The position numbers and the translations under genes were made by a program. A DNA stretch of 64,000 bases. Source: Octopus vulgaris. Taxonomy: Eukaryota. Within the stretch, counting starts at the first letter, position 1; every line of letters begins with the position of its first letter. Under the pieces are notes generated by a model. The model was not told the DNA's origin, made no database searches, and saw nothing but the letters and a program-made list of their open reading frames with translations. Below are positions 12,239 through 25,473 of this stretch, piece after piece. The DNA is taken from assembly GCA_951406725.2 (NCBI GenBank), contig OX597817.1:67084001-67148000 (forward strand), read 5' to 3'.

Positions 12239-13591
12239 CTAAGTTGTAGGGAATGTTAATTTTTTAACGTGTCTAGGGTGGCATGAATTGAAAGGGAGGT
12301 ATTGCTTGGAGTCTGTGGGCTTGTAGTATATGTCTGTTTCTATTTTTTTGTTGTGAATTTTAATGAGGATGTCGAGGAAGGGAATTTGTTGAGGGCTGTA
12401 TTCCATTGTGAAAATAATGTTTGTGTTGAGCCCATTTATAAGGGTGTGAAATTCTTTAAGCTTCTCGATAGTTTCGGGCCAAAGGATGAAGCAGTCATCA
12501 AGATATCTCTTCCAGTTCTTCTCTATGTGTGTGTGGAGAGTGGTGCCAAATTGTTTAAGAACGTTATTATAGAGGGTGATTTCCAGGTATCCCATGACTA
12601 GGTTGGCGTAAGTGGGAGCTGTTTTCCTTCCCATTGCCGTCCCTGATTTCTGTCTGTAGAATTTGTTGTTGAAGGTGAAGAAATTATTCTCTAAGATGAA
12701 TTTGAGTCCTTCTAAAATAAATTCCTTTTTGATGCGGTGTGGGAGTTCGTTGGAGTAATTATCCAGCCAGAATTGGATAGCTTCTATTCCTAGGTTGTGG
12801 GGGATGTTGGAGTAAAGATTAACTACATCGAATGTTACTAGCAGGGTTTGTTTAGCAAGAAGTGTATTGGGGAGGTGGTTGAGCATATCTAGATCGTCCC
12901 TTATGTAGCTTTTAATGTGTTTGAGGAAGGGCTTGAGAAGGGTATCAATGAAGTTGCTAAGGCGGTGGGTTTCGCAAGCGGGACCTGCTATTATAGGTCT
13001 CAATTTGAGGTCATTTGGTGAGGGGACATTGATTACAGAGTTTGTGGCTTCCTTGCATGCCTTACTTATTAATTCGCTTTTATGAATTTTGGGAATACCG
13101 TAGAAGAGGCTGGTTTTACTAGTGAAATTTGTGATGAAGTTGAATTCTTTGTTAGTGAGTTCTTCTTTGTGGGGGTTGATCAGGGTTTTTAAGTTTCTCA
13201 TAATTTTCTGTTGATTGTAGTGTTCAGCCTTTTCGTAATATGTTCCATTTTCCAAGGTGGAGAGTGCTAAGTTGATATAGTATTCTGTCTCCATTAAGAC
13301 TACTGCACTTCCTTTATCGGCCTCTTTAATGGTGATAGATCTTTCATTTTTTAATTTGTTTAATTCTTCCCACTCTTTCTTGTTGAGGTTTGGTTTGGGT
13401 TTTGGTTTGTGTAAGTGTTGGTAGGAGAAGTTTGTAATGTGCTCACAGAATTCGTCTAGGATTTTATTTCTACCTTTTGGTGGGGTGTAGTTGCTTTTAT
13501 TTCTAGCTAGTGACTCATCCTCATTGTGCTGGTCGAATAGTTCCTCACTAAGTCGCAATTTTCTACAAAATTCTGTAATGTCTTCCTTCAT
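12239..13591 (-). pseudogene. PLE reverse transcriptase
   Basis: ADKGSAVV, FYGIPKIHK, LRPIIAG, FDVVNLYSNIPH, YRQKSGTAMG, WKRYLDDCF, IPFLD, YYKPT. Frameshift in an A-run at 12260-12265; the other frame continues NIPYNLAKRICTIVS into the endonuclease ORF. Confidence 0.93.
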
Positions 13592-13823
13592 TTCGTTGTA
13601 GTTTGGACGTGGGGTGGTTGGTGTGAATTTAAGACCTTTGGAGAGTTGAGAAGGTTGGGGTTGGGTTCTGTATTGGTTAAATTGATGACTTTAATTAGTT
13701 TCTGTTTCTCTTCCCTGTCCTGTGTTAATTTATTTGCCTGTATCTATGGTGTTAGTAACAAAATATTTTGTAAGAAATAGAACTTTTATCATCGGTCTAA
13801 ATTTATTTTCGCCAGTGTATATT

Positions 13824-14033
13824 GGTTTCGAATTTTGGCACAAGGCCAGCAATTTCAGAGGAAGGGTAAGTCGATTACATTGATTCCAATACTCAATTGG
13901 TACTAGTTTTATCGGCTCTGGAAGGATGAAAGGCAAATTCGACCTCGGCGAAATTTGAACTCAGAACGTAAAAACGGACGAAATGTTGCTAGGTATTTTT
14001 CCCTCGTGCTCACGATTCTGACAGCTCACCGCC
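13824..14033 (-). mobile_element. SINE family A
   Basis: Matches 2096-2309. Confidence 0.85.
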
Positions 14034-14567
14034 TTGCGAATGTTTAGAGTTATTGATGTATTTCAGGACTGATATTTTCCAAAGTAATTGGAATTGATAA
14101 GAAAATATGAAAAAAAAAGCATGATAATAGTTTTTAGGACAACTCTGTCTGTTTCTTTTCTCTCTCTCTCTTTCTCTCTCTCTCTCTTTCTCTCTTTCTT
14201 GCTCTTTTTCTGACTCTCTCACGCGCTCACACATTATGTGGGGGACTGGGTGCGCGGATATGCGGCAAGAAGATGCATGATTTTCAAACGTTGAATCTTA
14301 ATTCTTATCGAAATATTTATTCATTGACACTGCTCTGCAATCAGCTTCTGCGTATATGCATGTGTGTGTGTGTGTATGAGTGCGTGTGTGTGTGCGTGCG
14401 TGTGCGCGAGCTTGTGTGTGTGTGGTTGTATGTGTATATGTGTTTGTGCGTGTGTATGTATGCATGCATACACACACACATATACACGTATATATCATGC
14501 TAATATCTAAAGATATATATCTATTCAAGGGTATGTAATAATTAGCAGTATATATTGAGTATGTATG

Positions 14568-14606
<39 letters not shown>

Positions 14607-14608
14607 AT

Positions 14609-14647
<39 letters not shown>

Positions 14648-15269
14648 TCTGTGTGTGTGTGCGTGCATATATATGTGTGTGTGGGATGGATTGGGGTTTT
14701 ATGCACATGTGTGTACGTAAATAGTTGCATAACACGCAAGTGGGCGCAAACACGCCTTCACACAGATAAGTGCACGACTAGATTTTCGACTAAGGTTCCT
14801 AATAAACATCACTAGTGCACATGGGTAACGTTTTAGCATTGACTATTAAAATAATTAACGAGGCAAAGTTTCGGTTTTCATAAGAACGAGACGACATTTC
14901 CTGAAATTTCTCACGAGACAGGATATACTAAATAGAAAACAATTAGAATATTTAGTGGATCGCTTTGCAAGGAAATGCAAGACCAATGATATCAAATATA
15001 CTGTGGCTGTTTCTTTTAATTTTTTATATTCACTTTAGAGTATGTAACACCATGAAGATATTAACTGTGCACTCGCGTAATTGCTTGTTAGGTCATCTTG
15101 TTATGCTTGCGTCCGGGTCATAGCTAAAGGCAGGAGAGGAGAGAGTGCGTGAGCGTCTCGTGAAGCGAGTCGACTGGTTTAAACAAAAATAACATAGAAG
15201 CAATAGATGGATAAAAAAAATTCTGGACTGCTTTAATTAATGGCAGACCTTCGTCGAGGAGGGAAAAAA

Positions 15270-15304
<35 letters not shown>

Positions 15305-15663
15305 GCACACGCACACGCACACGCACACGCACATACACACACGCTAACACGTACTCTCTCTCACATACACACACACGTGGACACACACTGACACACACAG
15401 ACACACATGCAAACACACAGACACATATACAAACATGCATGGACAAAAACGCGTATAAACACACACACATACACACATAGGTGGACGCACACTGACATAC
15501 ACACGCACACACATATATAAACAGAAATATATGTATGGTTATGTGTGTAGCTTGACTTGGGCTTCGCTTGGGCTTTTATCTAATTTCAGACACACATATA
15601 TACTCAGACACACATATACGCGAATATAATGTTCTGTATATATATATATATATATAATGTGAT

Positions 15664-15872
15664 TCAAAATGTGACCGCGTGTGTACCGTTGGCGATTTTT
15701 TTCCTCTGTCTTCCCTTCTCCGGATCTTTCCTTCTCCTATGTTTCCGACGAAGAGCTCCGCTCGAAACGTTAAACCCTCCTTCTTTCCTTCTTTCCTGAG
15801 CGTCCAATAATACTATATTTGTTCCATGTCCTCGCGTTGTTGTGTTTTTTTGTGCTTTCATGTTTGGATTAA
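15664..15872 (+). mobile_element. Short PLE pLTR-like element between (TA)n tracts, carrying a minimal hammerhead
   Basis: (TA)n on both sides. Related to the minus-strand piece at 19327-19444 (GCTCGAAACGTTAAA..TTCCTGAGCG..CTAATAC). Confidence 0.65.
15741..15775 (+). ncRNA. Minimal type I hammerhead motif (U4C)
   Basis: GTTT-CCGACGA-A-GAGC-TCC-GCTC-GAAA-CG-TT-AAAC, with self-complementary AACGTT as in dimer-forming PLE hammerheads. Confidence 0.65.
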
Positions 15873-16590
15873 CTATATATATACTACATATGTGGAAAAT
15901 CGGTGTGTGTTTGTTTGTGGCGTTGTTAGCTAACTTAACTCCTCCTACATCATTTTATTGATTTTGATGAAACTTGACACGTGAGTAGAACTCATGTCCG
16001 GAAACCTCGTGACATACATACGTAGCTCTTCCATCTACAGGAATACAAAAATTATATATGCAATAATCTTCCAAGCGTAAATAGTATTAATTTTGAACCT
16101 TTAACTGATGAGATGTGCATAGTTTACATGAATTATGTTATAATACCACAAATCTATTCATGTTAATATTTCTTTTTCTTTTTCTTGTTTCAGTCATTAG
16201 ACTGCGGCCATGCTGGGGCACATGAAATGCATATTCCATGTGGTGTCGAAACGCGCGTAACGAAAGAATTAAATGTAATAAGATAAATTCCATTTTTTGA
16301 CATAATGTATTTACTCTGCCCTGGAATTTCAGATTGTAAAGACAGTTTCATTTAAGATAAACAGTCTGCGTACATATACTCCATTAGAAATTATCCCGAG
16401 GTTGCTCGGATTTATTATTTCTCTTATCTACTACATTTTCACACACATACATACAAACATACATACGTATGTACGGACGTACGTACATACATACATACAT
16501 ACACACATACATACATATATACATATATTAACAAGGAGAATGGAATGAGCAATACATTTTATTGCATAATACTACAATTGTTTTATCAAA

Positions 16591-16647
<57 letters not shown>

Positions 16648-16739
16648 GGGAGGGGCGGTGTGTGTGTAGAGAGAGACCAAATTTTATAGCTTGTAGAAGT
16701 ATTCATTACTTATGTTTTCCTTTTACGTTCAATTTATTT

Positions 16740-17150
16740 TGATGAACTGGATTTGCAATTACTCTTGTAAGTTCATGATGAGTTGGCAAGCGTATATCAT
16801 AATTGTCTGACCAATATAACAGTTGGAATCCTGCAGTTTACGACTTCCACGCTCATAACCGATTAAGTCACATTGTTCATTAGTGGCTTGATCACGAGTT
16901 TAAAAGCTTGTCATTTGCTTTTGATAGGCATTTGAATTTTAGCGTCTTTGTTGTATATGTGTTTAATTCACACAATAAACTTTGTGAGGTTTACGTATTT
17001 TTAATGTATTTTACTTGTATTTATTGTGTTGTATCTGTAACTGAACGTAGGGTGTTTCTTTACTTGTTTTTGTCAGTTGTTCTGGTTGGGTGTTCTGGTC
17101 AGTTCTTATTTATCATCATCCGCTCATCTGAGACAAGTTTTAAAGCTGGT
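16740..17150 (-). mobile_element. Decayed PLE endonuclease-region fragment
   Basis: Minus strand gives KETPYV and DSNCYIGQT (YIG half-motif). Confidence 0.4.
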
Positions 17151-17782
17151 GTGAATTTCTTTCAGTTTGCATCTACCAAATCCATTCACAATATAGAAAT
17201 GGGCTATTACTTTGAATACGCGTTCATTGTTAATGTTTGTTTCTAACGGACTAGTTTCCTACTTACAAAATCAGTGATTGTATGACACTGTATTTTCTAT
17301 ATATTGCAAACGAGGTTAAACTACTGCCATACCTGGCAAATGAGTGTCCGCCACCGAAGAGATCCAATAAGACCGAAATCAAGTGGTGGTCTCAAAGCTA
17401 GGATGCAGTAAATATCGGGCACGGAAAGCGCACTGAATAAACCAACTGGAGGAGATGTCTTCCTGGGGTTAAAATAGCTGTATCGTCGTCTCTTAAAGAA
17501 CACCCAAACACCCACGTTAAAATGGCAATAGACACAGCCAAAAATAAAAATTTTTTCTTCGAACTATTTAGCCTGTAAATAAGACTATGGTAGCGACATG
17601 TGTGCAGCAACCACTGACCAAATGCATAGTATAAGTGCGCTTGTCTGAGTGTTCGATACGATATGTTGAAACGAAGCACATACATCAATTAGAGTAACAC
17701 ACACACACATGAATACACACACACAAGAATACATCATATACTCTCTCACAAAAATACACAGACGCATACATACATACATACA

Positions 17783-17816
<34 letters not shown>

Positions 17817-18021
17817 CATACATACATACATACATACGTACGTACATACATATGCAAACACACAAACATAAATACATATTCACGAGCATACATACACACG
17901 TACATACACGCGCAAGCGTAAATACATATTAAGCTAACACACAAAAATAGTATAACGCACTCAGAAATATACATAAATGCACGCAAGCATGCACATATAC
18001 ACACACACACACGCACGCACG

Positions 18022-18090
<69 letters not shown>

Positions 18091-18091
<1 letters not shown>

Positions 18092-18145
18092 CGCTATTCC
18101 AAGGAGACAGTCTATCGGTGCTTCTGTTTGTTTTGGCATTAAACT
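18091..18145 (+). mobile_element. Tiny RLE non-LTR RT fragment
   Basis: LFQGDSLSVLLFVLALN (QGDSLS RT motif) directly after (CA)n. Confidence 0.6.
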
Positions 18146-18404
18146 CACAGCAGTTTCTTTTATCAGCTGGTAGGAATTTCTATCCCCTTGTCATGACATG
18201 GCACGATGTTTGTAAACGAGCTGTGTTGTTGTACAAGCGGCGTTTGTTAATTTCCCATCTTCCGTGGAAACATGTCCAGACAAGATGAAATATTACTCTG
18301 CTTGAAAATAAGTAGTGGTTAGTGGCAGGAAGGGAAGGCGGATGTGGGAAATCTGCCTGAACGAATTCTGTCTGATCCATACAAGCATGAGAAAATGGAC
18401 GATA

Positions 18405-18720
18405 AAATGATGACAACGACAACGATGATGACGATGATGATGATGACAACGACGACGACGAAGCTGCTGCTGCTGCTGATGGTGACGACAACGATGACGA
18501 TGACGATGCTGTTGCTGCTGCTGCTGCTGATGACGATGCTGCTGCTGCTGATGATGATGATGACGACAGCAATGACAAGGATGATGACGACGATGATGAC
18601 GATGTTGATGATGATGATGATGACGATGACAACAATAATGACGATTATGGTAATGATGATGGTGGTAGTGGTAGCGAAGATGGTGGTGGTGGTGGTTGTG
18701 ATGATGACGACGATAACGAG
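18405..18720. repeat. Degenerate (GAT/GAC/GCT/GGT)n trinucleotide tract
   Basis: Direct reading. Confidence 0.9.
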
Positions 18721-19162
18721 TTACATAGAAATTCAAATGTTTTCCCTCCTTGTGCTCAGCATTATATCACTTTGTTTTTGCGTCTTCTTGGGATCCGATG
18801 AATGGTGCCCGGTTCGAAGAAGCCGGATGTTATGAATCCCGATGGAGTAACAGCTTTTTATCAATGTACCCACGCGCGAGCGCACAAGCACGCAAATACA
18901 CACACACACACACACATTGATACTTAATATGAATTTGATTCATACAATACACTTTATGTGTGGTTAGTGATTTTTGTCTTTCCACTTGTGTGTGCCAGTA
19001 TGACTCTAAGAGTATATGCCCGTATAAAGTTTTGTATATAAAGTATATGCGTATAATGGCCGTGTGTGTGTGTGTGTGTGTGTAAGTGTGTGCGTGTGTG
19101 GTATGTGTGAGTGTGTGCATATGAGTGATAGGCGCTTGTATCAGTGTGTGTGTCTGCGTGTA

Positions 19163-19293
19163 CAGGAGTAGCTGTGTGGTAAGTAGCTTGCTTACCAACC
19201 ACATGGTTCTGGGTTCAATCCCACTGCGTGGCACTCGGACCGACCAAAGCCTTGTGAGTGGATTTGGTAGACGAAACTGAAAGAAGCCCGTCG

Positions 19294-19327
<34 letters not shown>

Positions 19328-19700
19328 ATGGGAAGCTTTATGAAAATAAACAAAAGACGAAGGCAGGTGGAAAACAAACGAACAATTGTATTAGTATGGC
19401 GCTCAGGAAATATAAATAAAACAAGTCTTTAACGTTTCGAGCCTGTGTGTGTATATGTATGTGTGTGTATATGTATGTGTGTGTCTGTGTTTGTCCCCCA
19501 CCCCACATCGCTTGACAACCGAGGCTGGTGTATTTACGTCCCCGTAACTTAGCGGTTCGGCAAAAGAGACCGATAGAATAAGTAGTAGGCTTACAAAGAA
19601 TAAGTCCTGGGGGTCGATTTGCTCGACTAAAGGCGGGTGCTCCAGCATGGCTGCAGTCAAATGACTGAAACAAGTAAAAGAGTAAAAAGAGTAAAAGAGT
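19163..19700 (+). mobile_element. SINE family B with a nested pLTR-like fragment (19327-19444, minus strand) in its internal microsatellite
   Basis: Head CAGGAGTAGCTGTGTGGTAAGTAGC, internal (TA)/(TG)n, tail GCTCCAGCATGG..GACTGAAACAAGTAAAAGAG. Confidence 0.88.
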
Positions 19701-20395
19701 ATGTGCATGTATTTAAAGGGTAAACCAAGTAAAATCACACGAACTTTTACTACGACAAGACCCGTAAATGACTCAGAGCGAGGCGGGGCGACAATTATAG
19801 AGGCCCTGTTGAAACTGCCGACGCTTCAGCTTGTATATTTTTCTGACGTCTTCTCCATTCATCGCAGCCATCATTCTCAAAAACACATCTACGCGAAATG
19901 TCGTTGTTGTAAATAATATTGAATTCGTAATGCCTTCCCAGCTATTACATCTTCGTTGCTGTTGCTATCATTGTTTTTGTTGTTGTTGTGTTTCTTTTTT
20001 CTTTTTTCTTTTCTTATTCTTCTCCGCCGTTTTGCCTTTTTTTTTTTCTCTCTCTCTTTTTGCACTAAGACACACTGTAAATTTTACCGGCGTCATGTGG
20101 TGTTCAGCATTTTGATTTATCTGGATCACTCGGTTCTTTTAGGATACGACTATCTGGCCTTGCTGGCAATAATATATCTTCTCTCCAAACCCCACATCGC
20201 ACTACATTGCTGTTTTAGACGAAAGAGATATTTTCGTAGGGAATTTAAGAGAGGGAAAAGAAAAATTGATGGTTTCGTAAGCTGGTAGACGGAAATTATT
20301 GTGAGAGAGTGTGAGAATAATAAGAGAGATAGGGAGAGGTAGGAGTGAAACAGAGTAGGTGAAAGAGCGGGGGAATAGACGATAGAGATAGACAA

Positions 20396-20456
<61 letters not shown>

Positions 20457-20485
20457 TGGATAGATAGACAGACAGACAGATAGAT

Positions 20486-20524
<39 letters not shown>

Positions 20525-20528
20525 TAGG

Positions 20529-20597
<69 letters not shown>

Positions 20598-20669
20598 GGA
20601 TGAATGGATAGATAGATGGGTGGATGGATATGTGGATGGATGGATGGGTGGATGGATGGGTGGATGGAT

Positions 20670-20724
<55 letters not shown>

Positions 20725-20917
20725 GAGAGAGAGAGAGATAGACAGACTAACAGACAGACAAATAAACAGAGACGGATTGACCATATAGACGGAAAAGGGA
20801 TGAAGATAAAGAGCGACGTAACCAAAATTATCCACCCCGATATTTTCTTTTTGAGATGTAAGAAAAATTATGTGAGGAAAAAAGGGTTGCAAGTGGGAAG
20901 GTGTGAGTTGATATAAG

Positions 20918-20990
<73 letters not shown>

Positions 20991-21044
20991 GACAGAAAGA
21001 AGTATAAAGGAAACGTTAAGGGTTTGAGGAAGAAAATGAAGACG

Positions 21045-21129
<85 letters not shown>

Positions 21130-21201
21130 AAGAAGTAGTAGTAGTAGTAGTAGAAGAAGAAGAAAAAGAAGAAGAAGAAGAAGAAGAAGAAGAAGAAGAA
21201 G

Positions 21202-21277
<76 letters not shown>
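21045..21277. repeat. Compound (GTA)n(GAA)n(GTA)n microsatellite
   Basis: Direct reading. Confidence 0.95.
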
Positions 21278-21278
<1 letters not shown>

Positions 21279-21610
21279 ATAAAAAAAGGAGGTGTGGTGG
21301 ATTTCGAATTGATATTTTTTTTTTCAATGATTTAAACGAGGTTTTAGCAGCAGCCGGATATTTATGACATCGTCTATAAAGCAGATAACTATCAACTTGT
21401 TAAGAAAAAATAATGTAAATATCACAGAAACTGTTAAAGACGAAGACAAGAATGTCAAACTTCACTCGTAATTATGACGTCAGATCCGGCGGAAAGAAAC
21501 GAGGTATATTAAAATACGTAAATACGTGACATGAAAATGTACTCCTAGTTTCGTAAACAAGGCTTATGTATGTATGTATGTATGTATGTATGTATGTATG
21601 TATGTATGAA

Positions 21611-21840
21611 GGCGGCGAGCTGGCAGAATCGTTAGCGAGCCGGACGAAACGCGTAGTCATATTTTGTCTGCCGTTACGTTCTGAGTTCAAATTCCGCCGA
21701 GGTCGACTTTGCCTTCCATCCTTTCGGGATCGATAATTTAAGTACCAGTTACGCACTGGGGTCGATGTAATCGACTTAATCCGTTTGTCTGTCTTGTTTG
21801 TCCCCTCTATGTTTAGCCCCTTGTGGGTAATAAAGAAACA
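21611..21840 (+). mobile_element. SINE family A inserted in (TATG)n
   Basis: Full-length match to 5799-6030. Confidence 0.92.
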
Positions 21841-21924
21841 TGTATGTATGTATGTATGTATGTATGTATGTATGTATGTATGTATGTATGCATGTATAAA
21901 TGTATGTATGTATGCATGTGTGTA

Positions 21925-22345
21925 TGTTCGTTCTTCTCTTTCTCTTTAATTTTAGAGTAAATTTTGATCGGCAACCTACTTGATAGCAAGGTTGTGATGG
22001 AAAATATCTTTTAACCATCATTCTTTAAATCCAAAGAAGGCCCTGCAGATTCTTATAGTCCCAGATATGTGATTATTTGTAGCATATGAATTAAGGATTT
22101 GTATTCTCTGCCTAAGATCCCAAGTTCGGCCATACTTTGCTCCAGAAGGGGCTGGTATGTACGCCGTTGCTTAATAACAGATATCAAGCTGAAAGTGTGT
22201 CTTGACTACTGTATTTGCAAACTCCTTATCAATAGTCCATAGATGTCTTCTTTCTCTTGTATTTTTCTAACCACATTCACAACAGAACATATCTTTTCTT
22301 TGTGATCTCACACATTATCTGGCCGGTTGTGTTCTAACTTGGTGG
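21925..22345 (-). mobile_element. RLE non-LTR retrotransposon 3' fragment ending in (CATA)n
   Basis: IATKLEHNRPDNV*DHKEKICSVVNVVRKIQEKEDIYGLLIRSLQI (about 22160-22345), then RICRAFFGFKE* and a 3' UTR abutting the (TATG)n tract. Confidence 0.7.
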
Positions 22346-22596
22346 CTATTTTAAAGAAGGTTTCGCAGATTTTCACTGTTCCAGATATTATGATCATCGA
22401 TAGTATATCAATTACGAAGCTACGTACTTTTCCCAAGAATCCAAATTCTGTCGTATTTTGATGACGTCAAATTGGTACATATTCTGATTTCAATAATTCT
22501 GGTACAATAATTCTATGTTCAAATCTTTCAGAGATTACCTTTTCATCTTTTCTAGATTTTTAAATAAAATGTTAATCAAGTAAATGCTAGGGTCGA

Positions 22597-22652
<56 letters not shown>

Positions 22653-22712
22653 AAGAAGGGGGGAGAAGAAGAAGAAGAAGAAGAAGAAGAAGAAGAAGAA
22701 GAAGAAGAAGAA

Positions 22713-22745
<33 letters not shown>

Positions 22746-23029
22746 GCTTGCTGCACTCAGATCTGGAGAAGGACGAGCTCCCTCGGGTTTTAAAATGCCT
22801 CGAACACGCTGTATATCCTGACGGTATCTCTATGACTCCATCAGGAGATGAAGAGGTAAAGCAAGTATTTATAGATGCGTATCTGTGTAATGTATGCGTG
22901 CATTAACGCATGCGGTTGTATATGTCAAGCGTCATAGAATCGGTAGGTTCGAGAGAGCCGAGTCGGCGATTGAGTTTCAGTTCCTTCTGCATCCGTAGCT
23001 CCGCTGAGAAACTAATGGCGTCTGATTTA

Positions 23030-24155
23030 TGTTCAGGACTAGCAATTATTTTGGTGGGGACCAGATTAAACAAATAGATTGATTCTAGTACACTCGACTG
23101 GCACTTAATTTTATCGAACTCGAAAGGATGAAATGTGCAGTTGACACCGGTAGGACTTGAACCCAGAAGATAAACAGTTAGAACGAATATTGTCAGGGAT
23201 CTTTTTCGACGATCAACCGACTCAGCCATTTCGAAAATTATACACAGTCCATCTGTTTCTCTAACACTAGTTATGTGTAACCTTATGTCCTCATATGTAA
23301 GCGTTATTATTACTATTGAACACCCACTGGCGATCTGGCGGAATCATTAACACGTCGGTCCAAATGCTTAGCAACATTTCATTCCTCTTTACCTTCTGAG
23401 TCCAAATCCTGCCGAGATCTTTTTTTTTTCATACTTCCGGAGTCGATAGAATAAGTACCAGTTGGGCCCTGTGGGTCGATGTAACCGACTCACCCCATTC
23501 CCCTAACTTGCCGGCCTTGTTCCAAATTTTAAAGCCATTATTGCTAGTTTTGCAAAGGCAGTAGTTCTGTATTGTGTCAGATAAGATGCGTTGCAGTATG
23601 TAATTAATATGCGTAATCCCCTTAATGCTCCATGTTCAAATCACGCCGAGGTCAACTTTGACTTTTAAGTGAAATAATTTATCAGTCATATACTGAGGTT
23701 GCTGGTATTGAGTAATTCTCCCTCCCAGTAAAACTGCTGGTCTTGTGCATAAATTAGAAAGAAAAAATATTGAAGCGATTGATTGACAGAATTTGTCAGA
23801 CTCGATGACTTGCAGTACTTCGGCTTCTTCAGTTCTTTTTAAGTTGAAATGAAGTTAGGGCAGCTTTGCCTTTCACCTTAACGAGGTCGTTTAGATAAAC
23901 AATCAGTTAAGTACTAAGGGCGATATAATCGACTAACTGCTTCTCTCTAATATTGCTGACGGTTTGCCTAAATAAGAAACAATTTTTACTGTAGATGGTT
24001 TGAGGGATATGACCTGAGTTCAAATCCTTTCGACGTTAACTTTGATTTTCAATCCTCTAGATCGATAAAATAAAGTACCAACTAAGTGCTGAAAGCGACT
24101 CATTCGACTATTCTCTTCTTACAAATTTGTGGCCCTATGCCTATATAAGAAATTA
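23030..24155. mobile_element. Cluster of about 5 old SINE family A copies in mixed orientation
   Basis: Repeated degenerate GTTCAAAT..CGAGGTC.ACTTTG..GATAAA..AGTACCAG cores. Confidence 0.7.
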
Positions 24156-24302
24156 TAATGGGTAATGGATTGGCTGGATCGATAGAGTGTCTCGTAAAGT
24201 ACCTTATAGCATTTGTTCCGGCCTTTACAATCTGGGCTTAGATCTCGTCGAGGATACCTTTACATTTCACATAATTATATACGGTATCTGAAAGATGCCC
24301 AT

Positions 24303-24387
<85 letters not shown>

Positions 24388-24393
24388 GTGTGC

Positions 24394-24427
<34 letters not shown>

Positions 24428-25442
24428 GTATATATTTATGTGTGTGTGTGTTTGCCTTTACCGTCGCGTGACAACCGATGTTGGTGTGTTTACATTCCTG
24501 TACCTTAGCAGTTCGACAAAACAGACCAATAGAGTAAGTACTAGGCTTACAAAAAAAATAAATCCTGGGGTCGAAATAAGAAAAAGAAAAGAACATGTAT
24601 TGTATAAGTTTGTCCAATACCAATATCAACAAAACATTCAAAACAGGAAATGAAATGGTGGAAGTGAGAATAAAACCAAATACTTGACCTCAAAAACTGG
24701 CCTCAAAGAAACTTTATTTTTGTTTGTTTTTTCTTTGTTTTAAGTGTAACCTGACAAAATAAAAATAAATTATAAGAATAAAGAAAACGGAGACGGTGAG
24801 CGTGAAATATTCACTCGGTAAACAATTTCATTGCATGTGCATCAATAGAGGTTTATGTGCGTATAAGTGTGAATGCGTGCGTATGTGAGCGCGCGTATGT
24901 ACGTGAGTGCGTGTATCCTGGAGCGAGTAAAAGAAGTCAATATATTAGTATATATAGGTGAATATAAGAGTTCATCCCGCGGCCTATCGCTCACCCTCCC
25001 TCCCTCTTTTTCCTTTCTTTCTTTCTTTCTTTCTTTCCATCTCCTTCTTCTCTGTCTCTCCGGCTCTCCCCCTCTTTCTCTATATAGCTGTAGCTATATA
25101 TGTGTGTGCGTGTGTGTAAATGTCTATTTACACATGAACACAAGCACACGCACACGCACACGCACGCGCACAGAAACGCATACATATACATACATATAAT
25201 TATGTATGCGCGTTGGGAAAGAGATTGTCGGAAAGACATTTGGTTATGAAGCTGCTTAAATATGCCCACATGTATATTTACATCCACATACATACATACA
25301 TACATACATACATACATACATACATGCATGCATGCATGCATGCATGCATACATACATACATACATACATACATACACACACACGTATATATATATATATA
25401 CGTGTGTGTGTATGTATGTATGTATGTATGTATGTATGTATG

Positions 25443-25473
<31 letters not shown>

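Larger units (their letters stand above)
10470..13745 (-). mobile_element. Penelope-like element, near-complete but frameshifted
   Basis: N-terminal KVINLT/LSKGLKFTPT, RT, GIY-YIG endonuclease and a long 3' non-coding region ending at (TA)n. Confidence 0.9.

Noticed and set aside
12255-12270. Programmed ribosomal frameshift between PLE RT and endonuclease
   Set aside because: No canonical X XXY YYZ slippery site in frame, and PLEs normally have one ORF; an indel is simpler.
22745-23030. Protein-like short frames (DLEKDELPRVLKCLEHAVYPDG; AELRMQKELKLNRRLG)
   Set aside because: Short, no recognisable family and weak splice signals.
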